Source of the DNA: Naegleria gruberi
Taxonomy: Eukaryota
Length of the DNA: 64,000 nt
Direction: 5' to 3' (one strand)
Assembly (NCBI GenBank): GCA_000004985.1
Contig: GG738871.1
The notes beneath the pieces were generated by a model. The model saw only the letters and a list, made by a program, of their open reading frames with translations, ran no database searches and was not told the DNA's origin. Positions 33,401 to 45,815 of the stretch are shown one piece after another; position 1 is the stretch's first letter, and the number at the start of each line of letters is the position of its first letter. The position numbers and the translations under genes were made by a program.

Positions 33401-36107
33401 CTTGTGTATTGATGCTGATTTGTGTTCATGTAACTCAACCCATTGGGGAGGTGAAAAGTGTGACATTCCAAAATGTAATGGAATTTTAGCAACAGATACA
33501 AATGTTTGTAATTATCAAGGAGTTTGTTCAGGAGCTGACTTGTGTGTTTGTAACTCAACATATGGAGGCCAATTTTGTCAAACACCAAAATGTAATGGTA
33601 CTTTAGCAGGTGATAGTTCAGTATGTTCAGGACATGGTTCATGTGACGGAGTTGACAAATGTACTTGCAACTCGACATATTGGGGAGGTCAATTCTGTCA
33701 AACTCCAAAATGTGATGGTATCTTAGCTTCCAATACTTCGACTTGTAATGGACAAGGTTCCTGTATCAATGCTGATGTTTGTATTTGTAATGATTACAAT
33801 CTTTGGGAAGGTAAATTCTGCCAAGTACCAATGTGTTACGGTAAACCACAAGGTGGATCTTCCACATGTAATAATGGAAATGGTACTTGTACATCTCCAA
33901 ATCACTGTTCCTGTAACTCTGGATATGTAGGCCCAGAATGTGAATATCCAGTTTGTTTCAATGTACCTAGCAATGACTCTTCAGTGTGTAACAATCGAAA
34001 CGGTACATGTATTTCACCTGATAAGTGTGCTTGTGAAAGTGGGTGGACTGGCGATAGTTGTCAAACACCAATCTGTTTCTCAATTTTGGGTAACTCTTCA
34101 GCTGTTTGTAGTCAAAGAGGTAGTTGTGTAGCTCCAAATTTTTGTGTTTGTAAGGATCATTATTATGGAGACGCATGTCAAAGAACTACTTGTTATGGTA
34201 TTGCTGATGATTCTAGTTCAACATGTTTTGGTCACGGTTCTTGTAGTGATTACAATACTTGTAATTGTTCATCAGGTTATGGTCCAGACAATTATTGTGA
34301 GCATCCAATATGTTATGGTTATTTAGCAAATGATACTAGAGTTTGTAACAATTCACGTGGTGTCTGTTTGAGTCCTGACGAATGTAGACCTTTGGACCCT
34401 GTATGTTTCGAAAAGGCAAAGAACGACAGTAATGTTTGCAGTGGTCATGGTAAATGTGTTGATTGGGATTATTGTGTTTGTAACACTTCAGATTATTATG
34501 GAGATCAATGTCAATATTGGAAATGTTTTACAAAGAATTACAACGCCTCAAATGTTTGTAATAACGGAAACGGTACCTGCTCATCTGTTAATAATTGTGT
34601 TTGCAACAGTGGATGGTATGGAAATGAATGTACAGTTCCAATGTGTAATGGAATTCTTGGTAATTCATCCCTCGTTTGTAACAATGGAAATGGTACCTGC
34701 TCCAAACCAGGTGCATGTCAATGTAATACTGGATATACAGGATCTGATTGTTCCATTCCAATTTGTTATGACAAATTAGCAAGTGACACAAGTAATGTTT
34801 GTTCAGGAAAGGGTTCTTGTGTTGCTAAGGATACTTGCTCTTGTCAAAACAAGTATACAGGTTATGAATGTCAATATGCCACATGTTATGGAGTTTCATC
34901 CAATTCTACAAGTGTCTGTAGTGGTAATGGTACATGTAACGGAGTTGATTCTTGTAATTGTTTATATGGTTATGGAGATTCTCAATGTAATGTTTTCAAA
35001 TGTTCCAATATTTTGGCTACTAGTAATAGCGTGTGTAGTGGAAGAGGTAAATGTTATGGAATTGATAAGTGTCAATGTGATACTGGTTACTATGGTCCTA
35101 ATTGTCAATATACCACTTGTAATGGTATTGCTGCTAACGACACTTCTGTATGTAATAGCAATGGTACCTGTACTGCTTATGAAACTTGTTCTTGCTCTGC
35201 TGATTGGTATGGCAAAAATTGTGACATTACTAAGTGTTACAATATCTTCTCAAATGATACAAGTGTTTGCAGTAGTAAGGGTAAATGTATCCTCAAGGAC
35301 AAGTGTGTCTGTACAGACATTAATTATGGTGGTTCTCAATGTGCCGATCCATACTGTTTTGGTTATTTGGCCGGAACTGTTGGAGTTTGTAGTGGAAATG
35401 GTCAATGTTTGGGAGTTAACTCTTGTAATTGTAATACTGGTTTCCTTGCCTCAAAGTGTCAATTCAAAACAATTAGTGGTATCTCTCTCACGTTCAATGC
35501 CTCTGCTGATTATGCCAATGAAACTCTCACCACCAAGGCAACTTTGTCAATTACTGACTCTTCATTCAGTACCTATTATGCTTCTACTAGCTTGAATGCT
35601 ACATTCTCATTTGTTTTCAATGGAGTTACATCAACATTCGACAAGATTCTCCCAGCCGGATCCAACAATGTTGAATTCATTCTTCCATTCTTCTACACTC
35701 AAAAAGGAACTGTTACCAGCTCTGTAACTCTCAAATTCACTGAAAGTACCACAACCATTACTGCAGGTCAAGCAACTGGTTCATCTTTAACCATTCAACA
35801 AAGAGTAATACCAACACCAACACCTACACCTATCAAATCATCACCAAAACCACAAGTTTCTCCAGCCAAATCCACCAACACTGTCAATCCAAAGGCCTCC
35901 ACTTCAACAACCACTAAGAGTGATTCCAATGTTGGAGGTGCCATTGCAGCTGGAGTCATTGTTCCATTAGTTGTAATTGGTGGAGGTGGTATCACTGCTG
36001 CCATCATTGCTGTTGTTGTCATTATGAAGAAGAAGGCCGCCACAGCAGCTGCCAGAGAACTTACCTATGCCACTCACTACGATGTTGAATTGGCTGAAGG
36101 TTACTGA
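30410..36107 (+). CDS. Giant type-I membrane glycoprotein. It has a signal peptide and N-terminal NHL/beta-propeller-like repeats. About 35 tandem cysteine-rich EGF/tenascin-like modules follow, then a Thr/Pro-rich stalk, a transmembrane helix and a short tail. Exons are 30410..30830 and 30881..31128, and a third runs from 31169 to 36107. One frame disruption lies near 32468.
   Basis: The signal peptide is MRALQVLFCIALLMVMLVDNSYS. Introns 30831..30880 and 31129..31168 are both GT-AG and frame-consistent. The repeating unit is PKCNGxLxxDxxVCxGHGxCxGxDxCxCNSTxWGGxFCE, six Cys per 39-40 aa. The C-terminus reads TPTPTPIKSSPKPQVSP..., then GGAIAAGVIVPLVVIGGGGITAAIIAVVVIM, then KKKAATAAARELTYATHYDVELAEGY. 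ORF 31178..32494 ends prematurely (..CNCNSTSLGRSIL*). The +1 frame (ORF 32289..36107) continues the same repeat consensus. Confidence 0.6.
31650..33720. repeat. Tandem array of units about 117-120 bp long, encoding 39-40-aa six-cysteine modules inside the surface-protein gene.
   Basis: Near-identical DNA units begin ccaaaatgtaatgg... or ccaaaatgttttgg... and recur with about 120-bp spacing, for example at 31901, 32021, 32141, 32261 and so on. The opposite-strand ORFs listed in this interval are antisense artefacts of the repeat. Confidence 0.7.
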
Positions 36108-36290
36108 TCGGATCTTTAGATTCCTTAATTCTGAAATAAAAAAATATTCTAACATTTCAAAAATATTGAATATTTGATAAACTGTGAACCTAAGAAATCT
36201 CAAATATGGCAATTAATTAAATTTCACCTTTTTAGTTTACTAATATTAAGACAATAAACGAAAACATTTAAAATAAATAATTGAATAAAA

Positions 36291-37856
36291 ATGCCAGAAG
36301 CTGCTGTCCTTTATCAATACCTCAAAAAGCATTCATCACTCTCCGTGTTGGTGGCCGTAGCATCACTCTCCTATTTGACCATTAGTGAAGTTTTAACCCG
36401 ATACTTTAACTTGTCTTCGATGACAAATTCATCTTCATGTCCAAATAATAGTATATTGGGTAATTCACTTTCCGAATATTTAAAACAAGATAAAGAACAT
36501 GTTCATATTGTAGGAGGAGGAATTTCTGGTTTATTGATGGGATTTATGTGTAAGGAATTGAAAATTCCCTTCACAATTTATGAAGCCAATGAAAATTCGT
36601 GTGGTGGCTTGTTGGGAAGTGAAAGAATTGCATTCAATCATGATGAAGAGTGGATGATTGCGGAGAAAGCAGCAAATGGTGTAATGTGGACTCCTCAAGT
36701 GGAATTGTTGTGTGAAAGGATTGGATTGATGGAAAGAGTTTTGTCAACCAAGAAGGAGGCGAAAGCAAGGTTTTTTGTTAGGAATGGAAAGTTGACTCAA
36801 TTTCCTATCAGTTATTTGTCAGTGTTTAATTTGTTGACTTGGAGAATGTGGAAATTGCCAGTGAATAGCTCATTCCAAAGTTTGGATGATTATTTTGGAT
36901 TTTATTTTGGTGAGGAAATTAAGAATCAATTTTTGGAACCTGCATTTGCTGGAATTTTTGGAACGACTCTGAATAATTTATCAGTTTTTGGCACAACTGA
37001 AATATTTCCAAAATTATTGAGTCAATCTTTGAGTTTTCCAATTTCGTTGGTGAAAAACGTAATTTCTGAAGTGTGGAATGGAATATTTGGAAGAAAACAA
37101 ATGAAATCTTCAAATAGGAGAGGTACGCACAGTTTCCAATGTGGTGTTCAAGATTTGATTGACCATTTAGTTCGCCACTTGGGTACAAACAATATCAAGT
37201 TTGGATGTGAAATTAAGGATTTATCTCATTTCCCAAGTGGTCAGAGAGTAATTTTAACAACGCCTGCCTATCAGACATTGAATATTCTTCAAAGTAATCT
37301 CTCTACCACTGAAAATGGTAGAGAATTGATTGAATTATTATCTAAAATTAGATATACTCCAATAGGTACATGTACTGTGATTGTGGAAAGAAGCAAGTGT
37401 CCAAAATTAGAGAAAGGGTTTGGCTGTCTCATTCCTAGAAATGAAGGAATGCACATTTTGGGAGTCCTTTTCAATTCATCTATTTTTGAGAATAGAGTTT
37501 CACATGATGAGAGATTTGCCAGTCTTACTTGTATCATGCAAGATAATGAAAAAAGTGGAAAACTCTCTGATGAAGAGTTATTGGAAAATATTGTTTCTAA
37601 AGAGTTGAGTTTATTATTCATGAACTCAAAGGAGGAAAACATTTCCATTGTAAAGAGCTCAATGAAGAGGTGGAAGTATGGAATTCCAGTTTATGACCAT
37701 CATCTTTACAAGTCTTGGAGCTCAATTCATTCCATCATGAAACAAGATTTACCTAATGTTAATTTATTTGGAAACTATACGGGACAGATTTCTATTCGTG
37801 GTATGATTGGACAAGCTGTTGAGCTTTTGACTAGTTTGGAAAATAGAAAGCATTAG
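36291..37856 (+). CDS. FAD-dependent amine-oxidase-fold enzyme, probably protoporphyrinogen oxidase (PPOX/HemY-like).
   Basis: The N-terminal Rossmann motif is HIVGGGISGLLMGF, and EANENSCGGLLGS follows it. The C-terminal region (GFGCLIPRNEGMHILGVLFNSSIF, YGIPVYDHH, LFGNYTGQISIRGMIGQAVE) lines up with conserved PPOX blocks as I recall them. It is a single exon. Confidence 0.55.
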   Translation: MPEAAVLYQYLKKHSSLSVLVAVASLSYLTISEVLTRYFNLSSMTNSSSCPNNSILGNSLSEYLKQDKEHVHIVGGGISGLLMGFMCKELKIPFTIYEANENSCGGLLGSERIAFNHDEEWMIAEKAANGVMWTPQVELLCERIGLMERVLSTKKEAKARFFVRNGKLTQFPISYLSVFNLLTWRMWKLPVNSSFQSLDDYFGFYFGEEIKNQFLEPAFAGIFGTTLNNLSVFGTTEIFPKLLSQSLSFPISLVKNVISEVWNGIFGRKQMKSSNRRGTHSFQCGVQDLIDHLVRHLGTNNIKFGCEIKDLSHFPSGQRVILTTPAYQTLNILQSNLSTTENGRELIELLSKIRYTPIGTCTVIVERSKCPKLEKGFGCLIPRNEGMHILGVLFNSSIFENRVSHDERFASLTCIMQDNEKSGKLSDEELLENIVSKELSLLFMNSKEENISIVKSSMKRWKYGIPVYDHHLYKSWSSIHSIMKQDLPNVNLFGNYTGQISIRGMIGQAVELLTSLENRKH

Positions 37857-39430
37857 AGTTTTGGTGGAATACCTCTACTGGATTGTGGTCTTTGTCGGGA
37901 TGGTGTTGAGAGGGAGATGAGTTTTCTTGAGAGAAGTGGTGTTCTAGTTGGATCCATAGTATTGGATGGCAGTGTCTTGTTTTGCTTTTGTACACCTAAG
38001 GATGAGAGAGGTGGTGTTTCTGGCGTTGGTGCTGTTACTTTCCTCTTGAGGAGTGGTTTATCTTTGAGTTGTGACCTATTTGGGAGACCAAGATCGTTTG
38101 CTTGATTTTCAACAAATGCTGCTTCTGTATTGTTGGACGATTGTTGTACTTCACTTGTGGATGACCTAGAAGAGGATGGAAGAATACTTTTTGAATTTGT
38201 GAGCGAGTTAATAGAAGATTGTTTTGATCCTAGTTGAGGAGTTGCTCTAGGTTGAAGGACAGAACGATTGGTGGAATTATTACTTGGTTGAGGGGTCTTA
38301 TTTGGTAATATAGATTTACCCTTCATTGGTGTTTTTGGATCTATATTTTCATTCATTGATAATCTGGCATTGTTGGAAAGTCTCGTATTTGTCATGTCAG
38401 AAAAACCTGAAGGAGATGATGGTGCTTGGTTCATAATTATGGAGAGACTCTCATTGAGATTTTGATTTGGAGAAGCTCTGATTGGACTCACACTTGGCAG
38501 TTTCGGTGAGGCAGATCTTAATTTTTCTGCCATGTTAGATGATGAACGTCTACCTGAATTGAAATCTTCCTTTTGATGATAATTAGTTGAACTCATTCTG
38601 GAAGAACTCTTTGTAGAGAGAGGTGACATTGAAGCAGCCACATGCTGATAATCACCAGAACCACCAATACCATTACTCATTCTCTGTTGCTGCATTCTTG
38701 AATTCATCATTGAATTGCCATTTCCTCTATTATTATTATTTACATAGGGAGTCATTGGTACTTCTCCCATCACTATTGCATGTTGATGATAATTCAAGCC
38801 TTTGTTTTGATGATCTTCATAGACAGGCTCTGCTCCATTATATTGTTGCTGATTATTAAACTCTGGAATCATCATTGAATTGACCAAGCCTCCTTGATGA
38901 TGAAGATGAAATTGATTCGGAATTGGATAACTAGGAGTTGGATTCTTCTTTTGATTATTGAGCATTTGAATTGTTTCCTTAAGGCTTTGATTTTCACTTT
39001 TTAATTGTCTAATAACATGTTCATAGTGAGAGTGTTGGAATTTGATTATTTCCTCCATCTTTGCAAGAGGCTCTTGGAAAACATTTCGATATTTAGAACT
39101 GACAAATTCGTATATATTCTTTGGAATGTGCTAGATATATATTATCAATATTATCAATTAATAATGAATAACCAACTCATTGGTTGATTAATTACATACC
39201 GATGCATCCATCAACGAAATAGCCTTACATTGTGTACGACAAACTTGACACTGAACATTTGATTGAGGTAAGGAGGAGGATGCTAAATGTTGTTGTTGTT
39301 GTTGTAGAATACAAGCCTCACATATAAAGTGTCCACATTCGAGAAAGTAGAATCCAATCGATCCAGCATCCCTCAAACAACTCAAACACTTGGGGATAAA
39401 TCCTGCTGCTGATGGTGTTGAAGAAGACAT
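37853..39430 (-). CDS. RING finger protein with a coiled coil and a long Ser/Asn/Gln-rich tail (HEI10/Zip3-like architecture). Exons are 39200..39430 and 37853..39130; the intron is 39131..39199 (69 nt).
   Basis: Exon 1 is MSSSTPSAAGFIPKCLSCLRDAGSIGFYFLECGHFICEACILQ...CQVCRTQCKAISLMDAS, a C3HC4-like RING pattern. The intron runs GTATGT...ATATCTAG in phase 0 and joins ...HIPKNIYEFVSSKYRNVFQEPLAKMEEIIKFQHSHYEHVIRQLKSENQSLKETIQ..., followed by about 330 aa of low-complexity S/N/Q-rich sequence. Confidence 0.55.
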
Positions 39431-39575
39431 TTTTTTTTAGAGTTGTTGTTGTTTTGTGTTTTCCTTAGTAATAGCCTTGTTGATTATGCTCAATCTGAGA
39501 ATAGTTTAGTTTCCACATATTTTGATAGTAATCATTAGGAAAATTATATAGCTTTTATTCTATACAATCATGAAT

Positions 39576-40215
39576 TTAGTTTGACATCATTAATCTACAA
39601 AAGTCCTCTATTGAAATTGAATTTTTCCATTTCATCATCATTATCATCATTATAATTTTAAAATTCAAATCAACAATTTGTGATCGGAATAAAATTAATA
39701 TCACATCACAAAATAACATAATCAATAATCATCATAAACATTAAACACCAATTATTATTATTATAGTAATGATGATGATGAACAACAAACAACATACCAT
39801 ACTTAATTTGACCATCACCATTAGTATCAGCTTCTCTAATAAAATCTTCAGCTTCCTCCTCATTAAACTTTTCACCCATCGATGTGAGAATGTGTCTCAA
39901 TTCTGCAGCACTAATAATTCCATCATTGTCTCTGTCGAATACTTTGAAGGCTTCTTTAATTTCATCCTCAGAATCATTGTCAGTCATCTTCTTTTGCATT
40001 AAAACTAAAAATTCCTTGAAATCAATAGTACCATTATTGTTAGAATCAACTTGTTTGATCATGTCATCTAATTCACCTTGTGATGGATTGAGACCGAGGG
40101 CTCTCATGACTGTGCCAAGTTCTTTGGTCACGATGGTACCATCAGAGTCAGAATCAAAGAGAGAGAAAGCTTCCTTGTATTCTTGAATTTGTTCGTCAGT
40201 TAATCTATCAACCAT
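39576..40215 (-). CDS. Calmodulin-like EF-hand protein (four EF hands). Exons are 39798..40215 and 39576..39607; the intron is 39608..39797 (190 nt).
   Basis: [46 protein letters not shown]...[10 protein letters not shown] is followed by the short last exon [10 protein letters not shown], which recovers the EEFVxMM calmodulin C-terminus. The intron runs GTATGT...CAATAG in phase 1. Confidence 0.8.
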
Positions 40216-40432
40216 TTTTTTTTAAATTATACATTTTATATAATTGTTGACAAGTGACTGATGAGTAACTCACTTGCTATTGATGACATTTTAACTTGAA
40301 AAAAGATAATTGTCAATTTTACAACTTTATGCATTTTCTCAAAAATATCTGAGAATGATAATTCACATTTTCAGTTTAATTTTCAATACTAGTTTACAAA
40401 ATCAATTTCGAACTTGTTTAATTTTAAAAAAA

Positions 40433-41058
40433 ATGTCATTAAATCAAGCAGAAATTGCCATCATTTCACGAAGGGTTCGAGAGGCCATTGAATTGCTCTT
40501 CAGTGATTGCAGTCTTCCACGTGATACCTTTCTCAAAGAAAGAATTGCAGAAAACAAGGATGGTTGTAAGTTTCGTTTAGTTTCTCTCTCGGAAATTCTA
40601 AACTCTTTCCTGAAGATGTCGATCTCGAGACCATTACACAATTTAACAGAATTCAACAAATTACCACCGATATGAATTTGATAATCAAAGCTCTTTCCAA
40701 GAGTTTCATGTTACAATTCGATTCTCAAAATACCAAAATCAGAAGAAGAGTTGCCTTACCTCCCTCCATCCAAACCACGCACACAAGAACCTTATTTGTT
40801 AAGAGATTTCCCCTCAATGAATCAATAGTAACACCTGAAAAAATTAAGCAATGTTTCGATGCCTATGGGAAGGTCGTTTACGTTGGGCTGAACAGAGAAC
40901 AACACTCTGAAAAATTTACGGGAAGCGCGTTTGTTGAATTTGATTCGGAGGTGGTGGTTGAAAAGTTGACCTTAAAGAGTGTTGTGGTAAAGTATAGTAA
41001 GGATGATGAGGAGGGATTGTTATTGAGGAAGGGAAGTGAGAGTCAGCAGAGAAGATAG
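40433..41058 (+). CDS. La protein (SSB/La-motif plus RRM1) homologue, short form. Exons are 40433..40565 and 40616..41058; the intron is 40566..40615 (50 nt).
   Basis: The spliced product is ...LLFSDCSLPRDTFLKERIAENKDG-Y-VDLETITQFNRIQQITTDMNLIIKALSKSFMLQFDSQNTKIRRRV...RTLFVKRFPLNESIVTPEKIKQCFDAYGKVVYVGLNR...FTGSAFVEFDS. It aligns block for block with human La ([63 protein letters not shown]...RSVYIKGFP...FKGSIFVVFDS). The unspliced reading gives two frame-shifted ORFs. Confidence 0.7.
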
Positions 41059-41283
41059 TTGAATGTTGTAATAGAAAAAGAAAAAAATTAATTTTTTAAA
41101 TAGTATTTACAAAATATTAAATATTATTATTTAAATACGCCAATAATGGTTGGAAAAGTGAGGCAATGAATCAAAACACCAAATTCTGATCTTTGCAAGC
41201 CAAAAGAATCTTGAAAAAAATTACAACATTAATTCTTCCGCCATCACCTTCAAAATTTATTTATTAAAATTATAAACATCATC

Positions 41284-42411
41284 ATGATGAGAATATCAAT
41301 TATTAACAAACAGCAACAGCAACCCTACACCATCATCCTTCTCTGCTCAATTTTTATAATACTCTTCTCTTTTGCCAATTGTTCAAGAGATGAAAGTCTT
41401 GTTTCTTCTTCTTCGGAAGACAAGGTTGTTCATCCCTCACATTTAATGGCCCTTTCTTTTAGTTTAATAGCAGGAATATCGACTTTTATTGGAGGCTTTA
41501 TTATTATTTGCATGGGAAAACCATCGGATGGAAAGATTGGCTACATGATGGGATTTGCTAGTGGAGTCATGATGTTTGTGTCGTTTTTTCATCTCATTCC
41601 TGAGAGTATTGAGGATATTGGAGTGATACCTTCGATTATTTCATTCATTATTGGATCTGTCTTGTTTATTGGAATTAGTAAAGTGTTATTGGGTGATTCG
41701 GATCAAGAAGATTTCATATTGAAACATCATGAAGATGATAATTTGAATCAATCATCTTCAACACTTTCATTGGAAGCTAGAAAGGATTTGAAACAAAATG
41801 ATGGTAATAGTAGCAGAAGTAGTGGAGGAAATAGTAGCTCAGATGAGAGTGATTCTGATTCATTGAAAAAGAAGGAAGTAGTTGATGTGAAAAAACCAGC
41901 CAATGTTACAACCAATAGAAAGAGATTGTATCATACTGCTATTATTGTCACTTTGGGACTTTCATTACATAATCTTCCTGAAGGAATGGCTGTTTATACC
42001 AGTACTTTGACCACTTACAAATTAGGATTAATGATTGCTCTTGCTATTGGATTGCATAATGTTCCTGAAGGTATGGCAGTGGCTATTGCTGTCTATGCTG
42101 CAACCAATTCAATTTATCAATCACTCAAGTATAGTTTAATTTCTGGTTTGTGTGAACCACTTGGAGCTGCTCTCTTTGGTGCAATGATTTATCTTGGATT
42201 TTTACCTCATTACATTGTGTTTTACATGTTGGCTGGTTGTGGAGGTATTATGGTCATTATCTGTTTTACAGAGCTCATACCTACAAGTTTGGAATATTTG
42301 GAGAATGGTCATTCACACATGTCTTCTGTTTTGCATTGTATATTTGCAAATGCTTTGGGCATGCTTGTTATTTATTTGTGTAGCTTATTTATTGAACAAT
42401 ATGAACATTAA
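41284..42411 (+). CDS. ZIP-family (SLC39/ZupT-like) divalent metal transporter.
   Basis: There are eight predicted transmembrane helices. The metal-binding motifs GLSLHNLPEGMAVY and GLHNVPEGMAVAIA are duplicated, as in ZupT/Zip11. A Ser/Asp-rich cytoplasmic loop separates the two halves. Confidence 0.85.
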   Translation: MMRISIINKQQQQPYTIILLCSIFIILFSFANCSRDESLVSSSSEDKVVHPSHLMALSFSLIAGISTFIGGFIIICMGKPSDGKIGYMMGFASGVMMFVSFFHLIPESIEDIGVIPSIISFIIGSVLFIGISKVLLGDSDQEDFILKHHEDDNLNQSSSTLSLEARKDLKQNDGNSSRSSGGNSSSDESDSDSLKKKEVVDVKKPANVTTNRKRLYHTAIIVTLGLSLHNLPEGMAVYTSTLTTYKLGLMIALAIGLHNVPEGMAVAIAVYAATNSIYQSLKYSLISGLCEPLGAALFGAMIYLGFLPHYIVFYMLAGCGGIMVIICFTELIPTSLEYLENGHSHMSSVLHCIFANALGMLVIYLCSLFIEQYEH

Positions 42412-42584
42412 TTTCAGAGATGGAATTGAAATTGGATAGGCAGATTCTTCTTATTAGGAGGTTATGGCATCTCTTCTTGGGAAATTATCTCTAGTATTAA
42501 ATAGTTCACAAATATCTCCACTTCTCAAACTAGTAGATTTGATTAACATAAACTTGTTACTGTACAATTTTTATCCTAGTGAAT

Positions 42585-43939
42585 TCAATCATCCAATTGT
42601 TGTTCTGTTTGTAGCTGGTGAGGTTGCATCTCAAAAACAGCAGAATTAGGTGTAGGTATTGATTCACCAACACTTGCAGTTTCAATTTCTAGCGTATTGA
42701 TGGAGTTGATAGTTGATGGAGAATTTGTTAAATTCTCTTTCATTGATAATCTCTTCTTAGTGGCCATTGGATTTTCTGCGTTGGAATTGACATTCTTCAT
42801 TACGTTCTTTACCATCTTTTTCATTTCACTCAATGGACCAAATAATATACACAACCCAACAACAAAACACCAAGTTGCCAGGGCTTTACCAATCAATGAA
42901 ATGACTTGGAAATAAACAGAAGTATTGGAAACTTCACCAACAAATGATACCAACTCCATAATACATAAAAAGACAGCAATCAATGCAACTAGTGTAACAA
43001 TGATAATAATTCTTCTAATGGCCTTATTGGTAGTTTTCTGAAGAAAATCACCTGAATTTTCAGAGCTAGATTTCAAATGTCTAACAAGTTGAACAGTTGT
43101 CCAAATCATGTAACCTAAAGATGACAAGACACAACCAATGAAAATAACAGTTTCAAGAGAATAGAAGAAAATAATAGCTGCCTGACTTGATGGATTTGCT
43201 GTTTCACTCTTTGTTATTTGATCTACCAAAACTGTCACACAATAGCCAACAATGACACTTCCCAAAATAATAGGTGTTGTAAAAATCAATCCCAACAATA
43301 TTTTGTACATTCTATTCGAAATGTATCTCAATTTCATACTTGTTTCCGCACTATGTGAAATAATTCACACAAACCATTCAACAACCAATGAACTACTTAC
43401 AATATATAACCCACAAACAGGAATTGAACAACCAGCCACCAATCATTCAATGCCCATCCACAATAAATCAGTGCATTGATCACTCTGACATGAAGTGGCT
43501 TTTGAGCACTCACAAATGTATCAACAGGAAATGCTGCCATGTTCAATATTCTCAATCCAAACACTATTATCAAAATAACAACACTAGGCAATAGAATGGA
43601 GAATAGAATAACCTTGTTTCTAGAATAGGGGCTCTTTTGATTATTATTATCTGTTAACTCTTGTTGATTCTTTGTGTCCATTGATGAAGCTCTGCTATGC
43701 TTTCCTCCTCTTTTCTGTCTTGTAAAGCAACACAACAAGATTAGGATAACTGGTAAAAGAACCACAAACGAAACCATCTGAATGGCAGTCACAGAAATCT
43801 CACCAATAACCTGTGCCTGTGGTACCGAAGATGATGTTGTAGAATTGGTCGAAACCACTGCTGAACCAAGCAAATTAACAATCTCGCGTAATACATCACC
43901 AGTTGCCACATGTTGAGGCATGTTAATATAATGGGCCAT
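42585..43939 (-). CDS. Multi-pass membrane protein of unknown function. Exons are 43401..43939 and 42585..43350; the intron is 43351..43400 (50 nt).
   Basis: Two ORFs join across GTAAGT...TCACATAG in phase 2, giving ...FLFVGYI-F-AETSMKLRYISN... There are about eight hydrophobic helices and a Ser/Thr-rich C-terminal tail. Confidence 0.45.
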
Positions 43940-44417
43940 GATTACGACTGTTTTTTTATGAATGAACCAACATCAAATTTCATAACCACCATGAAAGAAA
44001 TTCTAAGAATCGAAGGGATTTTTAGGAGAAAATCTCAGCTGTCTGACAGCTACCACATACCCAATAGATCTTTCTCATTCTCTTTAGGCCAACTATGAAT
44101 GAATTTTGTTGGTGATGTTGTATTAAATATCTCCTGTTATTCAGTAATAATTTTAGCACCTTGCAAATTGGTAAGTGATTTGCCAGATTAAAGTGGGATG
44201 TATGTTAGTGTATGTATTGGTTGGTATGATGTCATTATAATTTGTCAATGCATGTCGTTAATTTGGTGTTTGTCATTCTGAGTTTGGTTTCGAATATAAA
44301 TATGTTATCGAGTCCACTACAGCTGTTTAGTTTACTACAACGTGAAGCTATCCTTGTTCTAATATGAGCACGATAATAATTCGTGAGAGTAATAATGGCC
44401 TAATACAGTTATTATAA

Positions 44418-45815
44418 TTAATCCATATAATCTGAACAATACGAAAGTACCATACTCTCTAGGGTGCCTCTATGTTTATCCTGGGGACTATGATTAGCAT
44501 GTTTTAAATAGTGTTTCAATGCTTTCCATTTCAAAACCAATTGAAAGAATGATTTTGCTTCCTTATCACTCCTTATTGGCTCCAAATATTCTAAATATGG
44601 TGTAATGTTTAACTCTGATTGAGCTCTCCAACTGTTCAATTGAGTATTGAAACTGAAACCCTTCTCTTGCTCGGTTGAGTTTGGCCAATAATAAACAACT
44701 ATTAGGAAATCATGTCGACCATACTGTTTGGTAAATTTTTCTAAGCATAACATTTCCCTCGATCCATTGGAGGTATATAAATTAATGAACATTACACATT
44801 GAGTATTCGATCCATGTTCTGGTTTGTAATCATCCATTGATATTCCAAAGTTTACCAAATATTTCGCATTATTCCTCTTGCATTTCACATTGATTGGTTT
44901 TCCTTCTGTGCCAAATAAGAGCTGTTTCACAACATTCTCATCATCTGGATTTTTAAAGTAAAAAAATGATTCTTCCTTTGGAATATTTGATGATGAATAA
45001 CTCTTTTCACAAACCTCAAAACATGAGTCAATTGACCTCCAAGTCTTGTTAAATATGAAAATCATTGCCATATCTCTCCAGTTCTTGGCATTGATAAATT
45101 CTAGTGAGAATGGTTGATACTTTTGTACATGCAGTACCAATCTCTTTGGTGACATTCGAAACCAAAACCAAGGATCTCCCAACCAATAATGATACACCAA
45201 TTTACAACTCGCTGAAAAATTACAACAATCACGAATGCTCAAAAAGGACAATATTATTGGAATGATATCAGAATTAATCAATCCCAATTCATGACTCAAT
45301 AGTGTTGAATGTGACTGATCAAATTGTTGTGCATATTCTTCATGTCTTTCATACCATCCTATTAAAATTCAATATTTGTTAATTATCATCAAAAGTTTCA
45401 TATATTTTCATATGTGTGCAATTGATAAATCAATCATGAAAAACAATTGATTAATAAACAAACCTCTCCTGTATTGAATAAATTCCATTGGGAGTGAAAA
45501 AACCCTCTCATCAATCTCCTCTTCTTCATCACTATCATCCGAATCATCATTTCTTTTTATTATTCTTTGTAAAATTGTTTTCCTTCTCGGAGGCTGTTGT
45601 TGATGATGATCACTACTACCAGAATAAGAGGCTGAATTAGAAGATGATGCAACGGCTCCTCTAGAAGATGAAGCTGTTGTTGTTGCTGATCGATTTCTTC
45701 TATTTATGAATGTTGAAAAGAGTGTTCTTCTGCGAAATGTTGGATTTTCATTGGTAGTGGAAGTACGACTGTTTGAATTTGAGGGTGGTGGAATGGAGCT
45801 AGGTTGTTGTCCCAT
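44418..45815 (-). CDS. F-box-like protein with an N-terminal myristoylation consensus and a Ser-rich acidic linker. Exons are 45464..45815 and 44418..45358; the intron is 45359..45463 (105 nt, GTTTGT donor).
   Basis: The N-terminus is MGQQPSS (Gly2, Ser6). A poly-Ser stretch and DDSDDSDEEEE follow. The spliced junction reads ...EFIQYRR-G-WYERHEEYAQQFDQSHSTLLSHELGLINSDIIPIILSFLSIRDCCNFSASCKLVYHYW, which is F-box-like. Confidence 0.45.

Noticed and set aside
31400-35600. Many opposite-strand and off-frame ORFs inside the cysteine-rich arrays (His/Tyr/Lys/Asn-rich, e.g. 31845..32144, 32641..33108, 33370..33708, 34783..35595)
   Set aside because: They are reverse-complement or +1-frame readings of the Cys-codon-rich tandem repeat. 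They repeat with the same period and have no start context of their own. They are artefacts of the repeat.
42464-42649. 61-aa plus-strand ORF downstream of the ZIP transporter
   Set aside because: It overlaps the 3' end of the minus-strand membrane-protein gene. It has no domain and is probably spurious.
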